Origin: Candidatus Thorarchaeota archaeon
GTDB lineage: Archaea > Asgardarchaeota > Thorarchaeia > Thorarchaeales > Thorarchaeaceae
NCBI GenBank assembly: GCA_963726195.1
Contig: CAVSBO010000003.1
Span: 672,001 to 736,000, forward strand
Direction: 5' to 3'
DNA length: 64,000 nt
Positions 10,122 to 21,125 of this stretch are shown here, one piece after another (positions within the stretch are counted from its first letter, which is position 1; every line of letters starts with the position of its first letter). Made by a program: the position numbers and the translations under genes. Below the pieces are notes generated by a model. The model saw only the letters and a list, made by a program, of their open reading frames with translations. It was not told the DNA's origin and ran no database searches.

Positions 10122-10604
10122 ATGGTAAAAGTAGGAGACAAAGCGCCTGATTTTGAGACAACCACTGAGAGCGGCGAGAAGTTCAAGCTGAGTCGCTTGA
10201 AAGGAAAGAGAGTTCTTCTCTACTTCTACCCGAAAGATGACACACCGGGTTGCACGGCTGAAGCGTGCTCCATAAGGGATAGCTACGCGTCATTCGTCGG
10301 AAACAATGCTGCCGTTTATGGAGTATCAGGGGGGTCATCGAAATCACATCAGGACTTCAAGAAGAAGTACAGTCTGCAGTTTCCTCTACTAATGGACGAA
10401 GACTTCCGGATAGCGAAACTGTACGGAGTATATGGAATGAAGCAGATGTACGGCAAGGACTACATGGGTATCGAAAGGACCTCATTCCTGATCAATCAGG
10501 AGGGCAAGGTCGAAGCCATTTTTGGTGGACCTGAAGGAATGGACAAGGTAGACACAAAGGAGCATGCCAGCCAAGTCCTCAAGGTCTGGGGCTTGAAACT
10601 ATAG
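10122..10604 (+). CDS. bcp: Peroxiredoxin Bcp/PrxQ
   Basis: YFYPKDDTPGCTAEAC, RTSFLI. Confidence 0.95.
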   Translation: MVKVGDKAPDFETTTESGEKFKLSRLKGKRVLLYFYPKDDTPGCTAEACSIRDSYASFVGNNAAVYGVSGGSSKSHQDFKKKYSLQFPLLMDEDFRIAKLYGVYGMKQMYGKDYMGIERTSFLINQEGKVEAIFGGPEGMDKVDTKEHASQVLKVWGLKL

Positions 10605-10615
10605 AGGCGAGCCAA

Positions 10616-11099
10616 ATGCTGAAGACGGGTGATCAAGCTCCGGATTTCGAGAACGGTCACAGACTCCGGAGAAAGGTTCAAGCTCAGTGACCTCAAAGGT
10701 AAGAAGATCGTCGTTTACTTTTATCCGGCAGACGATACGCCGGGCTGCACGGCAGAGGCGTGTTCTATCAGGGACAACTATGACACATTTCTCGCTCAAG
10801 GAATTGGTGTCTACGGTATTTCTGGAAAGTCAATCGAATCGCACCAGCGTTTCAAGCAGAAACACAAACTGAACTTTCCTCTTCTCTTGGATGAGGACCA
10901 CAGCATTGCCAAACTCTACGGCGTCTACAAGCCAATTGGAGTTCATGGCAAGGGGATACTTGGAGTCAAACGAGTGAGCTTCCTCATAGACGAGGAGGGC
11001 AAGATAGAAGGTATCTTCGGCGGCTCAGAAGGCCTAGACAAGGTGAAGACAAGTCAGCACGCCGAACAGATAATCAACTTCTGGGGCCTGAAGCTTTGA
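10616..11099 (+). CDS. bcp: Peroxiredoxin Bcp/PrxQ, second copy (apparent +1 frameshift near 10652)
   Basis: ATG 10616 gives MLKTGDQAPDFE, continuing in the next frame with TVTDSGERF..YFYPADDTPGCTAEAC; span 484 = 3n+1. Confidence 0.9.
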
Positions 11100-11126
11100 G
11101 CAAGGCCCCCCACCACTCTTCGTTTC

Positions 11127-11862
11127 TCATCTTTTCGCAGGCTGACCCACGCTGCTCATGTAGATAACGGACTCCTTGACGCCATCAATATCAAGAATCG
11201 CGTTCATTTCATTATCATAGAAGGCCCCTATTTGGCAGCTCCCGAGGCCGATAGCTTCGGCAGCAAGAGCCAAGTTCTGTGCGATATGACCGGCGTCCAA
11301 GTAGACATACCTCAGCTGCTCTCTCAAGATACTTCCATGCTGACCTCTGGAAAACCGCGGACCAAATGAAGACGACTGCTGCGCGGGAGGCTGTGTCTTG
11401 ATCGAGAGCACCTACTGCGACTTCTTTCGCAAGATTTCCCGGTTTGAGCTGCTGCAGAGCATGGGCTCTCATGTCGTAGTGATAGAGTCCCTGTTCAAGA
11501 TCTGTGACGCGATTTACGTAAACGTAGGTCTCGACAGGGTACAGTGCGCCTGCGGAAGGGGCTGTGCGCAAACCATATTCCCTCAGGTCGGCTGTGATAC
11601 CTTGTGTTGCCCACAACAGCTGTGACAGTTCTTGCTTTGTCACTGGCGCTTGGCTATAGACTCTGATGCTTCTTCTTCTTCGTAGAGCGTCCCAGAGTCC
11701 AGGACCGTCATCCGTCTTGGGCGGGGGCAGAGCCACAGCCTTCTTGCCGGGGTACTCCTTGAACGGCAAAGGCTTGGAGGCCTGATCAGCGCCTCGTGTT
11801 GGAAGATGTCCTCGCACATACTTTGTCTTTTCTTGGATGTCCTCAACGACCGTCGGAGTCAT
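11127..11862 (-). CDS. SagB/ThcOx-family nitroreductase-like flavoprotein (apparent +1 frameshift near 11316)
   Basis: [17 protein letters not shown], then [12 protein letters not shown] and GAFYD in the adjacent frame; span 3n+1. Confidence 0.9.
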
Positions 11863-12039
11863 ATGATATCATCGCTAATCACATGTCTCAATCTTATCAA
11901 CTAATGGGAAATTCGGAGACCGCACCAGCTCGTCTTCCTCCGTAGAGGCATAGGTTTTAATCGAGGCTGGAGGCCAGCTCCATTCAGATAAGCAGACGAA
12001 GAGAAGTCTGCCGAACACGTAGCTAAGGGGCGCAAAGTA

Positions 12040-13467
12040 ATGCCGGAGAAGAAGACAACCAAGAAAGAGCCCGAGAAAAAGGTCGAGAGGCCATCTGTCC
12101 CGGTGAAGGCTGAAGAACAACTTTCCGCGGATGAGCTGAAGAAGAAAGCTGAGAAGCCTGGCAAAGATGCTATGATATTGCATCCTTTCTACCAAGGCAA
12201 GATCATGAGCATCGGTAAATGCCCAGTACGAGATTTCTCTGATTTCGCCATATGGTACACGCCCGGTGTAGCAAAACCGTGCCTCGCAATAAAGGACAAT
12301 GAGGATTTGGCCTATGAACATACTAACAAAGGCAACATGGTCGCTGTTGTGAGCGATGGAACCAGAGTCTTGGGACTTGGTGACATCGGCCCTTATGGCG
12401 CCGGACCGGTGATGGAAGGCAAGGCACTTCTTTTCAAATACCTTGGCGGCGTTGACGCGTGGCCTCTGTGCATCGACACAAAGGACACACAGAAGATAAT
12501 CGAGTTCGTGAAGTTAATTCAGCCAACCTTCGGAGGAATCAACCTCGAGGATATCTCGAAACCCAAGTGTTACGATGTGCTGGACACACTGAGACGTGAC
12601 CCTACAATCAAGATACCAGTGTGGCATGACGACCAGCAAGGCACCGCCTGTGTTGTTCTAGCTGGTGTCTTGGGCGGCTTGAGGGTTGTCAAGAAGGATA
12701 TCAGGACCGCTAAGGTTGCCATGCTTGGCGTCGGAGCCGCAAACACCCGCACAGCATACCTCCTCATATCCGCCGGAGTCAATCCAAAGAACATGGTAAT
12801 GGTAGACACCAAGGGTGCCATTTATGCAGACCGCGAGGACATTGTGAAGGAGAAGAACTTTGACAGGCTCAAGTACGACTTGGCCCAGAAGACAAACCCG
12901 ACTCACGCGACAGGCGACCTCGGAACGGTCATATCAGGTGCGGACATATTGCTTTCCGCGTCTGAACCTGTACCGGGATCCATCAAGAAGGAATGGATCT
13001 CCAAAATGGCGAAGGACTCGATCGTCTTTGCATGTGCCAACCCGCTTCCTGAAATATGGCCCTGGGATGCGAAGGATGCCGGGGCAAAAATCGTCGGAAC
13101 AGGACGAAGTGACTTCGAGAACCAGATTAACAACTCTCTCGGCTTCCCCGGTATCTTTAGAGGAGCTCTGGATGTCCGAGCAAGAACAATAACCGATGAG
13201 ATGTGTATCGCCGCGGCTAAGGCTCTTGCAGACCTCGGTGCCAAAGGGGCGTCAGAGCATAAGGTCATCCCAACGATGGATCAATGGGAGCTCTACCCGC
13301 TTGAGGCCACCGCCGTCGGAATGAAGGCAGTCGAGCAGAAAATCGCGCGGAAGCAGTGGGAGGAGAAAGCTTTGTACAAGCATGCTGAGGACGTAATTAG
13401 GACAGCTCGGGCGGCCTCGGAAATGCTCTACAAGCAAGGCTTCATTCCCAAGGCACCGCCTACTTGA
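12040..13467 (+). CDS. mae: NAD(P)-dependent malic enzyme
   Basis: YTPGVA, DGTRVLGLGDIG, PVMEGKA, INLEDI, HDDQQGTA, NQINNSLGFPG. Confidence 0.95.
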   Translation: MPEKKTTKKEPEKKVERPSVPVKAEEQLSADELKKKAEKPGKDAMILHPFYQGKIMSIGKCPVRDFSDFAIWYTPGVAKPCLAIKDNEDLAYEHTNKGNMVAVVSDGTRVLGLGDIGPYGAGPVMEGKALLFKYLGGVDAWPLCIDTKDTQKIIEFVKLIQPTFGGINLEDISKPKCYDVLDTLRRDPTIKIPVWHDDQQGTACVVLAGVLGGLRVVKKDIRTAKVAMLGVGAANTRTAYLLISAGVNPKNMVMVDTKGAIYADREDIVKEKNFDRLKYDLAQKTNPTHATGDLGTVISGADILLSASEPVPGSIKKEWISKMAKDSIVFACANPLPEIWPWDAKDAGAKIVGTGRSDFENQINNSLGFPGIFRGALDVRARTITDEMCIAAAKALADLGAKGASEHKVIPTMDQWELYPLEATAVGMKAVEQKIARKQWEEKALYKHAEDVIRTARAASEMLYKQGFIPKAPPT

Positions 13468-13546
13468 GTGTATAATGCAGGCTGCGTCGTGAAACTTGCG
13501 CCGCAGCCACACTCTATTCTTTATGCACGTTCTCTAGACAAGCACT

Positions 13547-15535
13547 TCAGTGATGCTGCGTTTCGTTGCGTAGGTGCCGCTCCATGATGGCTGACCCGAC
13601 TGCAAATGGTACAAGCACGAGCAGTACAGCCACAAGCATGGTGTTAATGTGCGGGTTGGGGTCAAGGCCGTCAATAAGCAAATCACTGTCTGAGTCAGGG
13701 TTCGTCGGGTTCAGATGCTCAAGTAACTCCAGCTGGTCTCTTAGGAAATCATTGTCAGTATCCGGACTCATGGGATTCATTCCCAGTTGTATTTCGATCT
13801 TGTCAGGTACGCCATCGTGGTCCCCATCTGGCGACATTGGGTCGGAACCGTAACGATACTCTTGGAGATTCGTGAGAGTGTCATTATCAGGGTCCAGAGC
13901 AGAATCATTGACGAGGGGATTCAAGCCCCATTTCACTTCCCAGCCATCCGGCATTCCATCGCCATCGGTATCAGGATTCCTAGGATCTGTCCCGAGTCTC
14001 ATTTCTTGGATGTTGGTAAGCCCATCATGGTCTGGATCTTCGTGACTGTCGTCGCGCAACCAATCAAGATGATATCGCACTTCGAAGGCGTCGCCCATTC
14101 CGTCGTTATCAGTGTCCGGCCTGAACGGATCGGTACCGTTTCCAATTTCGTCCTTGTCGCTAAGACCGTCGTGGTCCCAATCCAACGGCGGATTGGGCGG
14201 CGGCCAAGAGTATTGTTGGGAATCAGGCACACCATTGCCGTCTGTATCTGATGTGTATTCCAAATACAGAGTTATGTCAGAGGTCTTATTTGCCTGATTA
14301 AGAACAGTGACTGTCAAAGGGCCTAGAGGGCAGATAGAGTCAGAGGTCAGAGAAAAGTTCCCCACTGAAAGCTCAGTCACTGGCAGAAAGACTGCAGTAC
14401 TGTTTGCTATTGTAACTGCCAGGCTACTGTCATCGGACGTAGTGCCTCGTAATACCACCTCTTGAGGAACGGTCATTACTGCTCTCAGATTAACACTAGA
14501 CAGAGGCGCGATGGACTGCTGCAGTTTCTGACGTGAAATCTGGCCATTACCGCGCATAGACAAGTAGACTGCAACTGATGCAGAAGCCTTGGCGAGAAGG
14601 ACAGCCTGAGTTGTGTTGTATCCGAGGTAGCTCAGCCTATCAGGTGGAGGCATTTCAGGATCGTACGTGTGACCACTCTTCACATTCACTGCTGAGAAGT
14701 GGGCGGCCTGAAATGGAAGATGATCCGTCTGTGTGTATGTTCCCTCGGACGCAGACATTATGTTCAGACCAGAGAGTTGCATGAATGAGATCAGGAGGTC
14801 AGCTAGATATTTGGTCGACTGATAGCCAAGCATTGATTGGCTTTGGTGTTCCACGAGCAATCGTCTGGATTCATCCTGATATGGGCTTCGATAGAGAATC
14901 TGGTCGTAATTGTAGAACGCGATGACCTGGGTGCCACGCCCAGCCAAGTATTGCGAAATCTCTTTGGACCCATAGAGTGCCCTGATGAAATGGTATGTAT
15001 CTAAGAACTCCTCATTGCCAGCGAAGAAACAGTAGTAGATGTTGATAGGGAGTCTGAACTGTGACAGAATCTTGGCTATCATCATTACCACGCCGCAGCC
15101 TCCTGCGTTGTCATCTACGCCAATACCTATGTCAGACGTGTCCAAGTGTGCTCCGAATACCAGAGCACGGGAGTCATTCCCATAACCCTGCTCATATCCA
15201 AGAACCGAACTGTGTGCTCCGAACAAGGAAGCATTGAGTCCCCATATTTTGAACTGGTCGATTATCCATTTCGCGGCCTCATCATACCCTGTAGTCCCAT
15301 CAAATCGGTTCCCAAAGTTGGCAATTGTTTGACTGCAGTGGAGGAAGTCAACTGCCACTCCCAACTGCCAAGCAACGTCCCACCAGTCGAGCTTGTTGAA
15401 TGGGTCAAGTGTTGCGTTTGTTTTTAGCTCGGGAACCTGATTGTTGGGTACCTGAAGATGGAGCGATATCTGAACGACAACTACGGAGGCGACTGCCAGA
15501 ACCATGGCCACTGCGATTGCTTTGCGTCGGTCCAT
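13547..15535 (-). CDS. Membrane-anchored M28-family metallopeptidase with Ca-binding (TSP3-like) repeats
   Basis: GAHLD, GVDDNAGG, NEE, TDH; repeated DxDxDG..D..E...GTDP units; N- and C-terminal TM helices. Confidence 0.85.
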   Translation of the reverse strand: MDRRKAIAVAMVLAVASVVVVQISLHLQVPNNQVPELKTNATLDPFNKLDWWDVAWQLGVAVDFLHCSQTIANFGNRFDGTTGYDEAAKWIIDQFKIWGLNASLFGAHSSVLGYEQGYGNDSRALVFGAHLDTSDIGIGVDDNAGGCGVVMMIAKILSQFRLPINIYYCFFAGNEEFLDTYHFIRALYGSKEISQYLAGRGTQVIAFYNYDQILYRSPYQDESRRLLVEHQSQSMLGYQSTKYLADLLISFMQLSGLNIMSASEGTYTQTDHLPFQAAHFSAVNVKSGHTYDPEMPPPDRLSYLGYNTTQAVLLAKASASVAVYLSMRGNGQISRQKLQQSIAPLSSVNLRAVMTVPQEVVLRGTTSDDSSLAVTIANSTAVFLPVTELSVGNFSLTSDSICPLGPLTVTVLNQANKTSDITLYLEYTSDTDGNGVPDSQQYSWPPPNPPLDWDHDGLSDKDEIGNGTDPFRPDTDNDGMGDAFEVRYHLDWLRDDSHEDPDHDGLTNIQEMRLGTDPRNPDTDGDGMPDGWEVKWGLNPLVNDSALDPDNDTLTNLQEYRYGSDPMSPDGDHDGVPDKIEIQLGMNPMSPDTDNDFLRDQLELLEHLNPTNPDSDSDLLIDGLDPNPHINTMLVAVLLVLVPFAVGSAIMERHLRNETQHH
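13660..14250 (-). repeat. About 9-10 DxDxDG calcium-binding repeats (coding)
   Basis: e.g. DHDGLSDKDEIGNGTDP, DTDGDGMPDGWEVKWGLNP, DGDHDGVPDKIEIQLGMNP; boundaries approximate. Confidence 0.85.
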
Positions 15536-15841
15536 CTTGTTTTCAGGCCTTCGCCCAGTGGGTTCACCGACGAGGCCGGCAAACGTGGATAAATACGCGT
15601 CGAATGCAGCGTTCCGGCGGAAGGGAAAATCCTCATTTGAAGCAGCTGTTCAATTCCACTGCTGCATGAATTGCGTGACAAGTTCATCAGAGAATGTGTT
15701 CCCTTTGCCGTGCAAACGCTCGTGCTTTTTCGGAATCACAATACTGTGCACATCCCACATCACAGCCATGAAGTACGGAATACTTTCGCCTATGTCCCGG
15801 GGCGGTTTATATACCTCCAAAAGAACAATCTCCCGATGAGA

Positions 15842-16978
15842 ATGCAACTGTCACAGCGCAGTCCAAGAGGCCTGTTCGACCCCTATTACGTACCCGATGT
15901 CCTACTCTATCGCGATAGGGAGCTTGAGTCGATCACGGGCGTTTACAAAGACTCCTACGAAAGCGAGTACGGAGTCAATTGCCTTGTCCACGGGATAGGA
16001 GGAGTAGGCATGACAGTTTTCTCGAGATACTTTCTAACGAGAGTCATCCCAGAAAGGTTCGATGCCCACACTTTCTATGTTGACGCCAAGGGCAAGGACG
16101 TGCTTGAGATAGTCGGCGACCTCAACGATGCCATCCACCGGAAAGAGAACAAACCAATAACCGTGGCCTTTGATCTCGATGTCCTCTGGATGCAGTTCAA
16201 ACGAATGGCATCAGATGCGTCCAAAAGAACTGTGTTCGTCATCGATAATATCGATGAGCAGAACGAGGATGTCTACTCCAAGCTCGCGAGGCTTTCGAAG
16301 GAAATCAAAGCGAGCACCATTGGAGTGCTCAACAGCCACGATTATAGAATGCTGACCAAGCTGCCAGCAACTCAGATGGCCTACGACTTCGAAGTCCATC
16401 TAGACACATACAGTCAGTCTCAGCTGTACGACATAATCCGCATGAGAGTTGAAGATACGTTTCCCTTGGGTCTAACCGAGGACATTCTGAGATACATAAC
16501 AGACATAGTCTGTGAATTCGATGCATCAAAGCCCAAGACATCCGTCGAAGCCCTGAAGGTTCTTTGGCCGCTGGCTCAACGAGGACAAGAGATTGACTCG
16601 GATGCAGTGCGTGCCGCGACAGCGAAGATAGTCACATTGGGTCAGGATCAAGACTTCATGGAAACGTTAGACACCATCAGCATGAATGACTACATGACGG
16701 CATTGGTTCTCGAAGTTATGGCTGAGCATCTAATGAGATATCGGACGGAGACGTACATCGACCGTCAGACGCTCAACGAGATTGTCCAAATAAAATGCGA
16801 GGAGCTTGGGGTGAAACACGCGCCCAATGACATAGAGAAGAGCCTTCAAACACTCATATTCGAGAGTATAGTCTTCGAATCTGGATACTCTCACAATCTT
16901 CTGTATGTTTTGGTCCCGCCGGATGTGCTCTACGATTCGGCTCTAAGCATAAGGCGTGAGCTTGCCAGAGGAAAGTGA
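15842..16978 (+). CDS. cdc6: Orc1/Cdc6-family AAA+ protein with degenerate Walker A
   Basis: FDPYYVPDVLLYRDREL N-terminus, GIGGVGMT (K to M), VFVIDNID, YSQSQLYDIIRMRV, C-terminal winged-helix-like region; start 15836 or 15842. Confidence 0.8.
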   Translation: MQLSQRSPRGLFDPYYVPDVLLYRDRELESITGVYKDSYESEYGVNCLVHGIGGVGMTVFSRYFLTRVIPERFDAHTFYVDAKGKDVLEIVGDLNDAIHRKENKPITVAFDLDVLWMQFKRMASDASKRTVFVIDNIDEQNEDVYSKLARLSKEIKASTIGVLNSHDYRMLTKLPATQMAYDFEVHLDTYSQSQLYDIIRMRVEDTFPLGLTEDILRYITDIVCEFDASKPKTSVEALKVLWPLAQRGQEIDSDAVRAATAKIVTLGQDQDFMETLDTISMNDYMTALVLEVMAEHLMRYRTETYIDRQTLNEIVQIKCEELGVKHAPNDIEKSLQTLIFESIVFESGYSHNLLYVLVPPDVLYDSALSIRRELARGK

Positions 16979-17140
16979 GAAAGCGGAATCGAAAAAGAAG
17001 TGTTAGCATTTCCACGCTGGGTCAGCCAATCAATCAGACCGTAGTCTGAGCGCCCGTCATCTCCCTAACTCAGTGATTATAAACCGCGAAAGCTCTTGAG
17101 TTTAGCTGGACCACTTGCTCCGCCGGTCTAGGAAAAACAC

Positions 17141-18287
17141 AGTGACGACGACCAAGAGAGCTTCCAAGAAGCACTCTGAGATGACATTCGAGAAATGTGT
17201 CCGCTGTGGGAGTTGCATTAAGATATGTCCCATCTTTGATGCAATGGGAGAAGAGCAGTACTCTCCTCGTGGCAAGCTGTATCTCCTGCAGGTCATGGAC
17301 AAGATAGAAGATGACCCCGAGCTTGCAAAAGAGTTCAGAAGACTCATGTTTCAATGCGCTCTTTGCGGACGGTGCACCGATGTCTGTAGCTCCGACGTTG
17401 ACCTTCTGAGAGTGTGGCACGAGCAGCGGGCAAAGGCGATCAAGGATGCTCCTCAAGAGTTCAAATACCTCGAACCCCTTGAGAAGGCCCTTGAAAATGT
17501 CAAGAACATCTACGGACTAGCGCCCGAGGATAGGGCAGTCTATTGGCTCGATGAACTGGAGCAGGAAATCCCGAACATACGCAAGAGAGTCTATCCTGAG
17601 GAGAGAACGGCCGACGTGGTCGTCTTCTTGGGCTGCCTCATGTCATTTCGAGCCTCACAGGTAGATGTGCTCAGAGCACTCTTCAAATCCCTCGAAATCC
17701 TGAAGGTGGACTACTTGGTCCTCGGTGCAGAAGAGTTCTGCTGTGGGCATCCGCTCTATCTCATCGGCGACGATGCAGGTGCGAAGAAGCTTTGGACACA
17801 CAACAAACGCACCATCAAACAGACTGGCGCAAAACAAGTGATTACGTGTTGCCCGGGCTGCCTCTATGAACTACAGAGCAACTACAACCTCAAGGGAATA
17901 GAGGTGCTCCATCACACTCAGTTCTTTGACAGACAGCTAGAATCGATACGGGCATACAAGCAGACCGAGGATTTCACTTATCATGACCCTTGCGAACTGC
18001 ATAGGATATGCAATGTTAAGACTGAGCCTAGGTCCCTCCTGAAGAAGATGAATGTCCGCTTCCGGGAACTGGACTTGAGCTGCTGTGGTGGCGGCGGTTT
18101 ACTGAGGATGACCGATCCGAACCTCAGCGATAAGATTCAGCAACTTCGGGCAGCGCGCGAGAGACTAAGCACAACAACTGTGATTACGGCATGTCCTGCT
18201 TGCGGAGAACAACTGCTCGGTAACAATCTCAAGACCAAGGATATAGTGGAGCTTCTCGTGACATGCCTTGAGGAGGGGAAAGACTGA
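17141..18287 (+). CDS. Fe-S oxidoreductase, 2x[4Fe-4S] plus CCG domains (GlcF/HdrD-like)
   Basis: CVRCGSCIKIC, CALCGRCTDVC, FCCG, CPGC, YHDPC, SCCGGGG, CPAC; start uncertain (17141 or 17181). Confidence 0.9.
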
Positions 18288-18288
18288 G

Positions 18289-19627
18289 TTGAATATCCGG
18301 GACATCGTCATCGGTGCAAATGCTTCAATCTACTACCGGATGGACTTCCGCAAGATCAAGGGTGTCTATTACCCACGCACTGAAACGCAGGTCCGAGAGG
18401 CCATTGCTTGGGCCAGAGAGAGGGGCTACGATGTCACACCAAAAGGCGGAGGCTCAGGTCTCAGTGGGGCTTGCACCGGGGGCGAGCGCGACCGTGTCAT
18501 GATAAGCAGCCTCCAGATGAAGGAGGTACTCTCCATTTCGAAAGACCAGGGTTACATCGATGTCCAGCCCGGGGCAACTCCTGACGAAATCAACGCTCTT
18601 CTGGCTCCTTCGAAGATGAAGTTCTACGTCACACCCAGTAGCAGGGACATAGCAACTGTCGGAGGAATGCTGAACACTGACGGGGGCGGAAACGACGCTT
18701 GGGTGAACGGGACGATGCGTGACAATACGCTGAGGGTCAAGATGATTCTCTATGATGGCCGGCTCATCACGGTGGACCAGAAGGGAGTAAAATCAGACGA
18801 TTCACAGTTGGAGGCCGACCTCAACAAAGCGAGAATGACCATCAACGACGTCGCAAGCTCGCATGGTACTCTTGGGTTTGTTACGGAACTACGTCTCGCA
18901 ATAAGACCCACCGTCCAAGAGAAACTGGTTGGTGGACTAGTAGAATACAAGGACAGCGATGATCTGGGCGGTACACTGCGTACGATGATTGAAACAAAGA
19001 GCCCCATTAGGTATGGAGAGGCGATAGTCGCCGCGCATCCTGATGTGCGAGGTGATCTGCGGCCTCCTGAGCTGATTCTCGAGTTCCCTGAGGACTATGC
19101 AGCCGATCTTGAGAACATCACGCAATTCAGGAAACTGACCAGTGAGGAGCTGAGCAAAGCTGAAGGATGTGAGGCTGAAGCTGCCTAAGCGGAATCCGAA
19201 GAAAGGACTACAACTGGCTCTCTTCGAGGATTATGGATTCTATAATAATGGTCTGAACGTAATAAAGGAGGATGTGGCCAGAATTGACGCTTTGCTCAAG
19301 AAGCATGGTTTCGTACCGTTCGCCAAGTATGGTCATGCTCCATCAAAATGGTACTTGGGAAACAACACTCCAGCCTACGGGATTATCTTACACTCAAGGG
19401 AAATCAAACCCGAAGGCATTACGAAGGCCGAGGTGTTCAAGGCCGTCATGGAGCTCGTGGACTTGTGCGAAGAGCTGGGCATCACTCCGAAGCCAGAACA
19501 CAAGTGGCCTTACAACGACAAAACAAAGAACAAGAGGATTCAACAGCTGAGAGAGCTGATTGGGGAGGGCTTCAATACCTTCGTTCTTCAGTCTGATTGC
19601 AATGTCGTCCTAAGTTCCATGGTCTAA
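18289..19627 (+). CDS. FAD-binding oxidoreductase (GlcD-like); apparent +1 frameshift near 19157
   Basis: PKGGGSGLSG, ATVGGML, SHGTLGFVTE; C-terminal GH and EH motifs in the next frame; starts 1 nt after the GlcF-like stop; span 3n+1. Confidence 0.85.
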
Positions 19628-19734
19628 ACATCAGCGGGGCACGCTTGAGCCTGAATCATACTCAGCTGCTTTGCTCTCTGCTGCTAAGAAAATGAGTGTG
19701 TGTAGCCGGAGGGACCGGCTCACACCGTAAGCTG

Positions 19735-20163
19735 CTATTTCTTCTTCTTCTCTGCGAACTCTTTCTTGACCCACGCGTCGAGGCCACTCGCGCCTTGGAG
19801 AGTCTTGAGTTCAGCAGCAAGGTTCGTGGCTTCGATGATTGCCACCCATCCCTTTCCATATGGGTCTTGATTCAGGAGACCGGGGTTGGTCTTGAGTTCG
19901 TCGTTTATTGTTTTGAGTGTGCCACCTACTGGCGCCTTCACGGGTCCGGTCCACTTTCCTGACTCAAGAGTGCCTATGCTCTTCCCGGCTTCTATCTTGG
20001 CTCCGGCAGGCCGCAGGCGTACGAACTTAATCTTGCCCGCTAAATCCATGCCGAAAGTCGTGAAGCCTATCCGTACGTTGTTTCCGTCTTCCTTCTTCAA
20101 CCACAACTGGTCGGTTGTATAGTAAAGGGAGTCTGGGAAATCGAAGCCTTCGTACTTTACCAA
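19735..20163 (-). CDS. gcvH: Glycine cleavage H (lipoyl carrier) protein
   Basis: VRIGFT, LESGKW lipoyl-Lys motif, PGLLNQDPYGKGW; TTG start after AGGTGA. Confidence 0.92.
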   Translation of the reverse strand: MVKYEGFDFPDSLYYTTDQLWLKKEDGNNVRIGFTTFGMDLAGKIKFVRLRPAGAKIEAGKSIGTLESGKWTGPVKAPVGGTLKTINDELKTNPGLLNQDPYGKGWVAIIEATNLAAELKTLQGASGLDAWVKKEFAEKKKK

Positions 20164-20319
20164 GTGATTGTCACCTGAACGGGCCTCAGTGAGAGAGCGA
20201 CTTAAGATAGTTTCGGACATAGGCGCTTTCAGACACCCTGAGAAGTGGTTTCGGTGGTTTTGGGGGTGCAGCATTCCATATGTAGAACGAGTGGTAGTTA
20301 TTACCTATTGTAAGAGCTA

Positions 20320-21096
20320 ATGGCTGAGATGGACAGACAACAAAGCCTTCCAGAGACCGTATTCCGCACAGCGGACCAGATGGCGCGCCGGATAGTAAGC
20401 ACCGGAAACGCCTCTCTCGACACTCTGCTAGGGGGAGGTCTCGAAATCGGTCTCATGCACCTCTTCTACGGAGACCGTTGCCTGACAGAAGACCTTCTGC
20501 GGGCCGCAGTCCAAGTGCAGCTTCCCGAAGAACGTGGAGGCATGAACAGTCCGACAATAATCATCGACAGCGCGAACATAATCAAGATAGAGAAGCTGAC
20601 TGATTTTTCCTTCGAGATGGGATTCGAACCAGAAGATGTGATGGATCACATCTACATATCTCGTGCCTTCAATTCATCGCAGACATACGACCTTGTGATG
20701 AACCAGCTGGAACAGTTCTTTGAGAGAGTGCCCGCACGGCTGCTAATCGTTTCTGGTCTCCCTGACCTCTACATTGCAGAAGGAACAACCGGAGAAGGCC
20801 TTCAGCAGATTTCGCACATGGCAACGAAGCTCATGGCGTTCACTCTTAATCGTGGGATAGCCACGTTGTTGTCTGCACCGGCTTCTGAAAGAAACCCCGA
20901 GCTGCCCGCTGGAGGCAGAACCCTTTCCAGCTGCGCTCAGGTACACATTCAGGTTGCTGAGAGCAAGGCCTACTTCAAGTATACACTCACTAAGCACCCA
21001 CAGTACTCTGTCAGACGAGCTTCGCGTTCAAAGCCGGTGTCATTTGGCACCACTCTCCCTCTCTCTTGCTTCCTAGATGAGAAAGAAAGAGAATAG
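20320..21096 (+). CDS. RadA/Rad51-family paralog lacking a P-loop
   Basis: STGNASLDTLLGGGLE, VQLPEERGG, IYISRAFNS; GxxGKT missing (FYGDRCLTE). Confidence 0.8.
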   Translation: MAEMDRQQSLPETVFRTADQMARRIVSTGNASLDTLLGGGLEIGLMHLFYGDRCLTEDLLRAAVQVQLPEERGGMNSPTIIIDSANIIKIEKLTDFSFEMGFEPEDVMDHIYISRAFNSSQTYDLVMNQLEQFFERVPARLLIVSGLPDLYIAEGTTGEGLQQISHMATKLMAFTLNRGIATLLSAPASERNPELPAGGRTLSSCAQVHIQVAESKAYFKYTLTKHPQYSVRRASRSKPVSFGTTLPLSCFLDEKERE

Positions 21097-21125
21097 AGAG
21101 GGACTCAGAGCCCTCTCAATGCTTC

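Noticed and set aside
11127-11862. RiPP (azole) biosynthesis cluster around the SagB-like gene
   Set aside because: No YcaO, precursor peptide or transporter adjacent; standalone members are common in archaea.
15610-15632. ORB-like GTTCCGGCGGAAGGG upstream of cdc6 as a replication origin
   Set aside because: Single weak match; no repeated ORBs or AT-rich unwinding element.
20620-20632. GGATTCGAACC, tRNA T-loop-like on the minus strand
   Set aside because: Inside the RadA-like CDS, with no cloverleaf around it.
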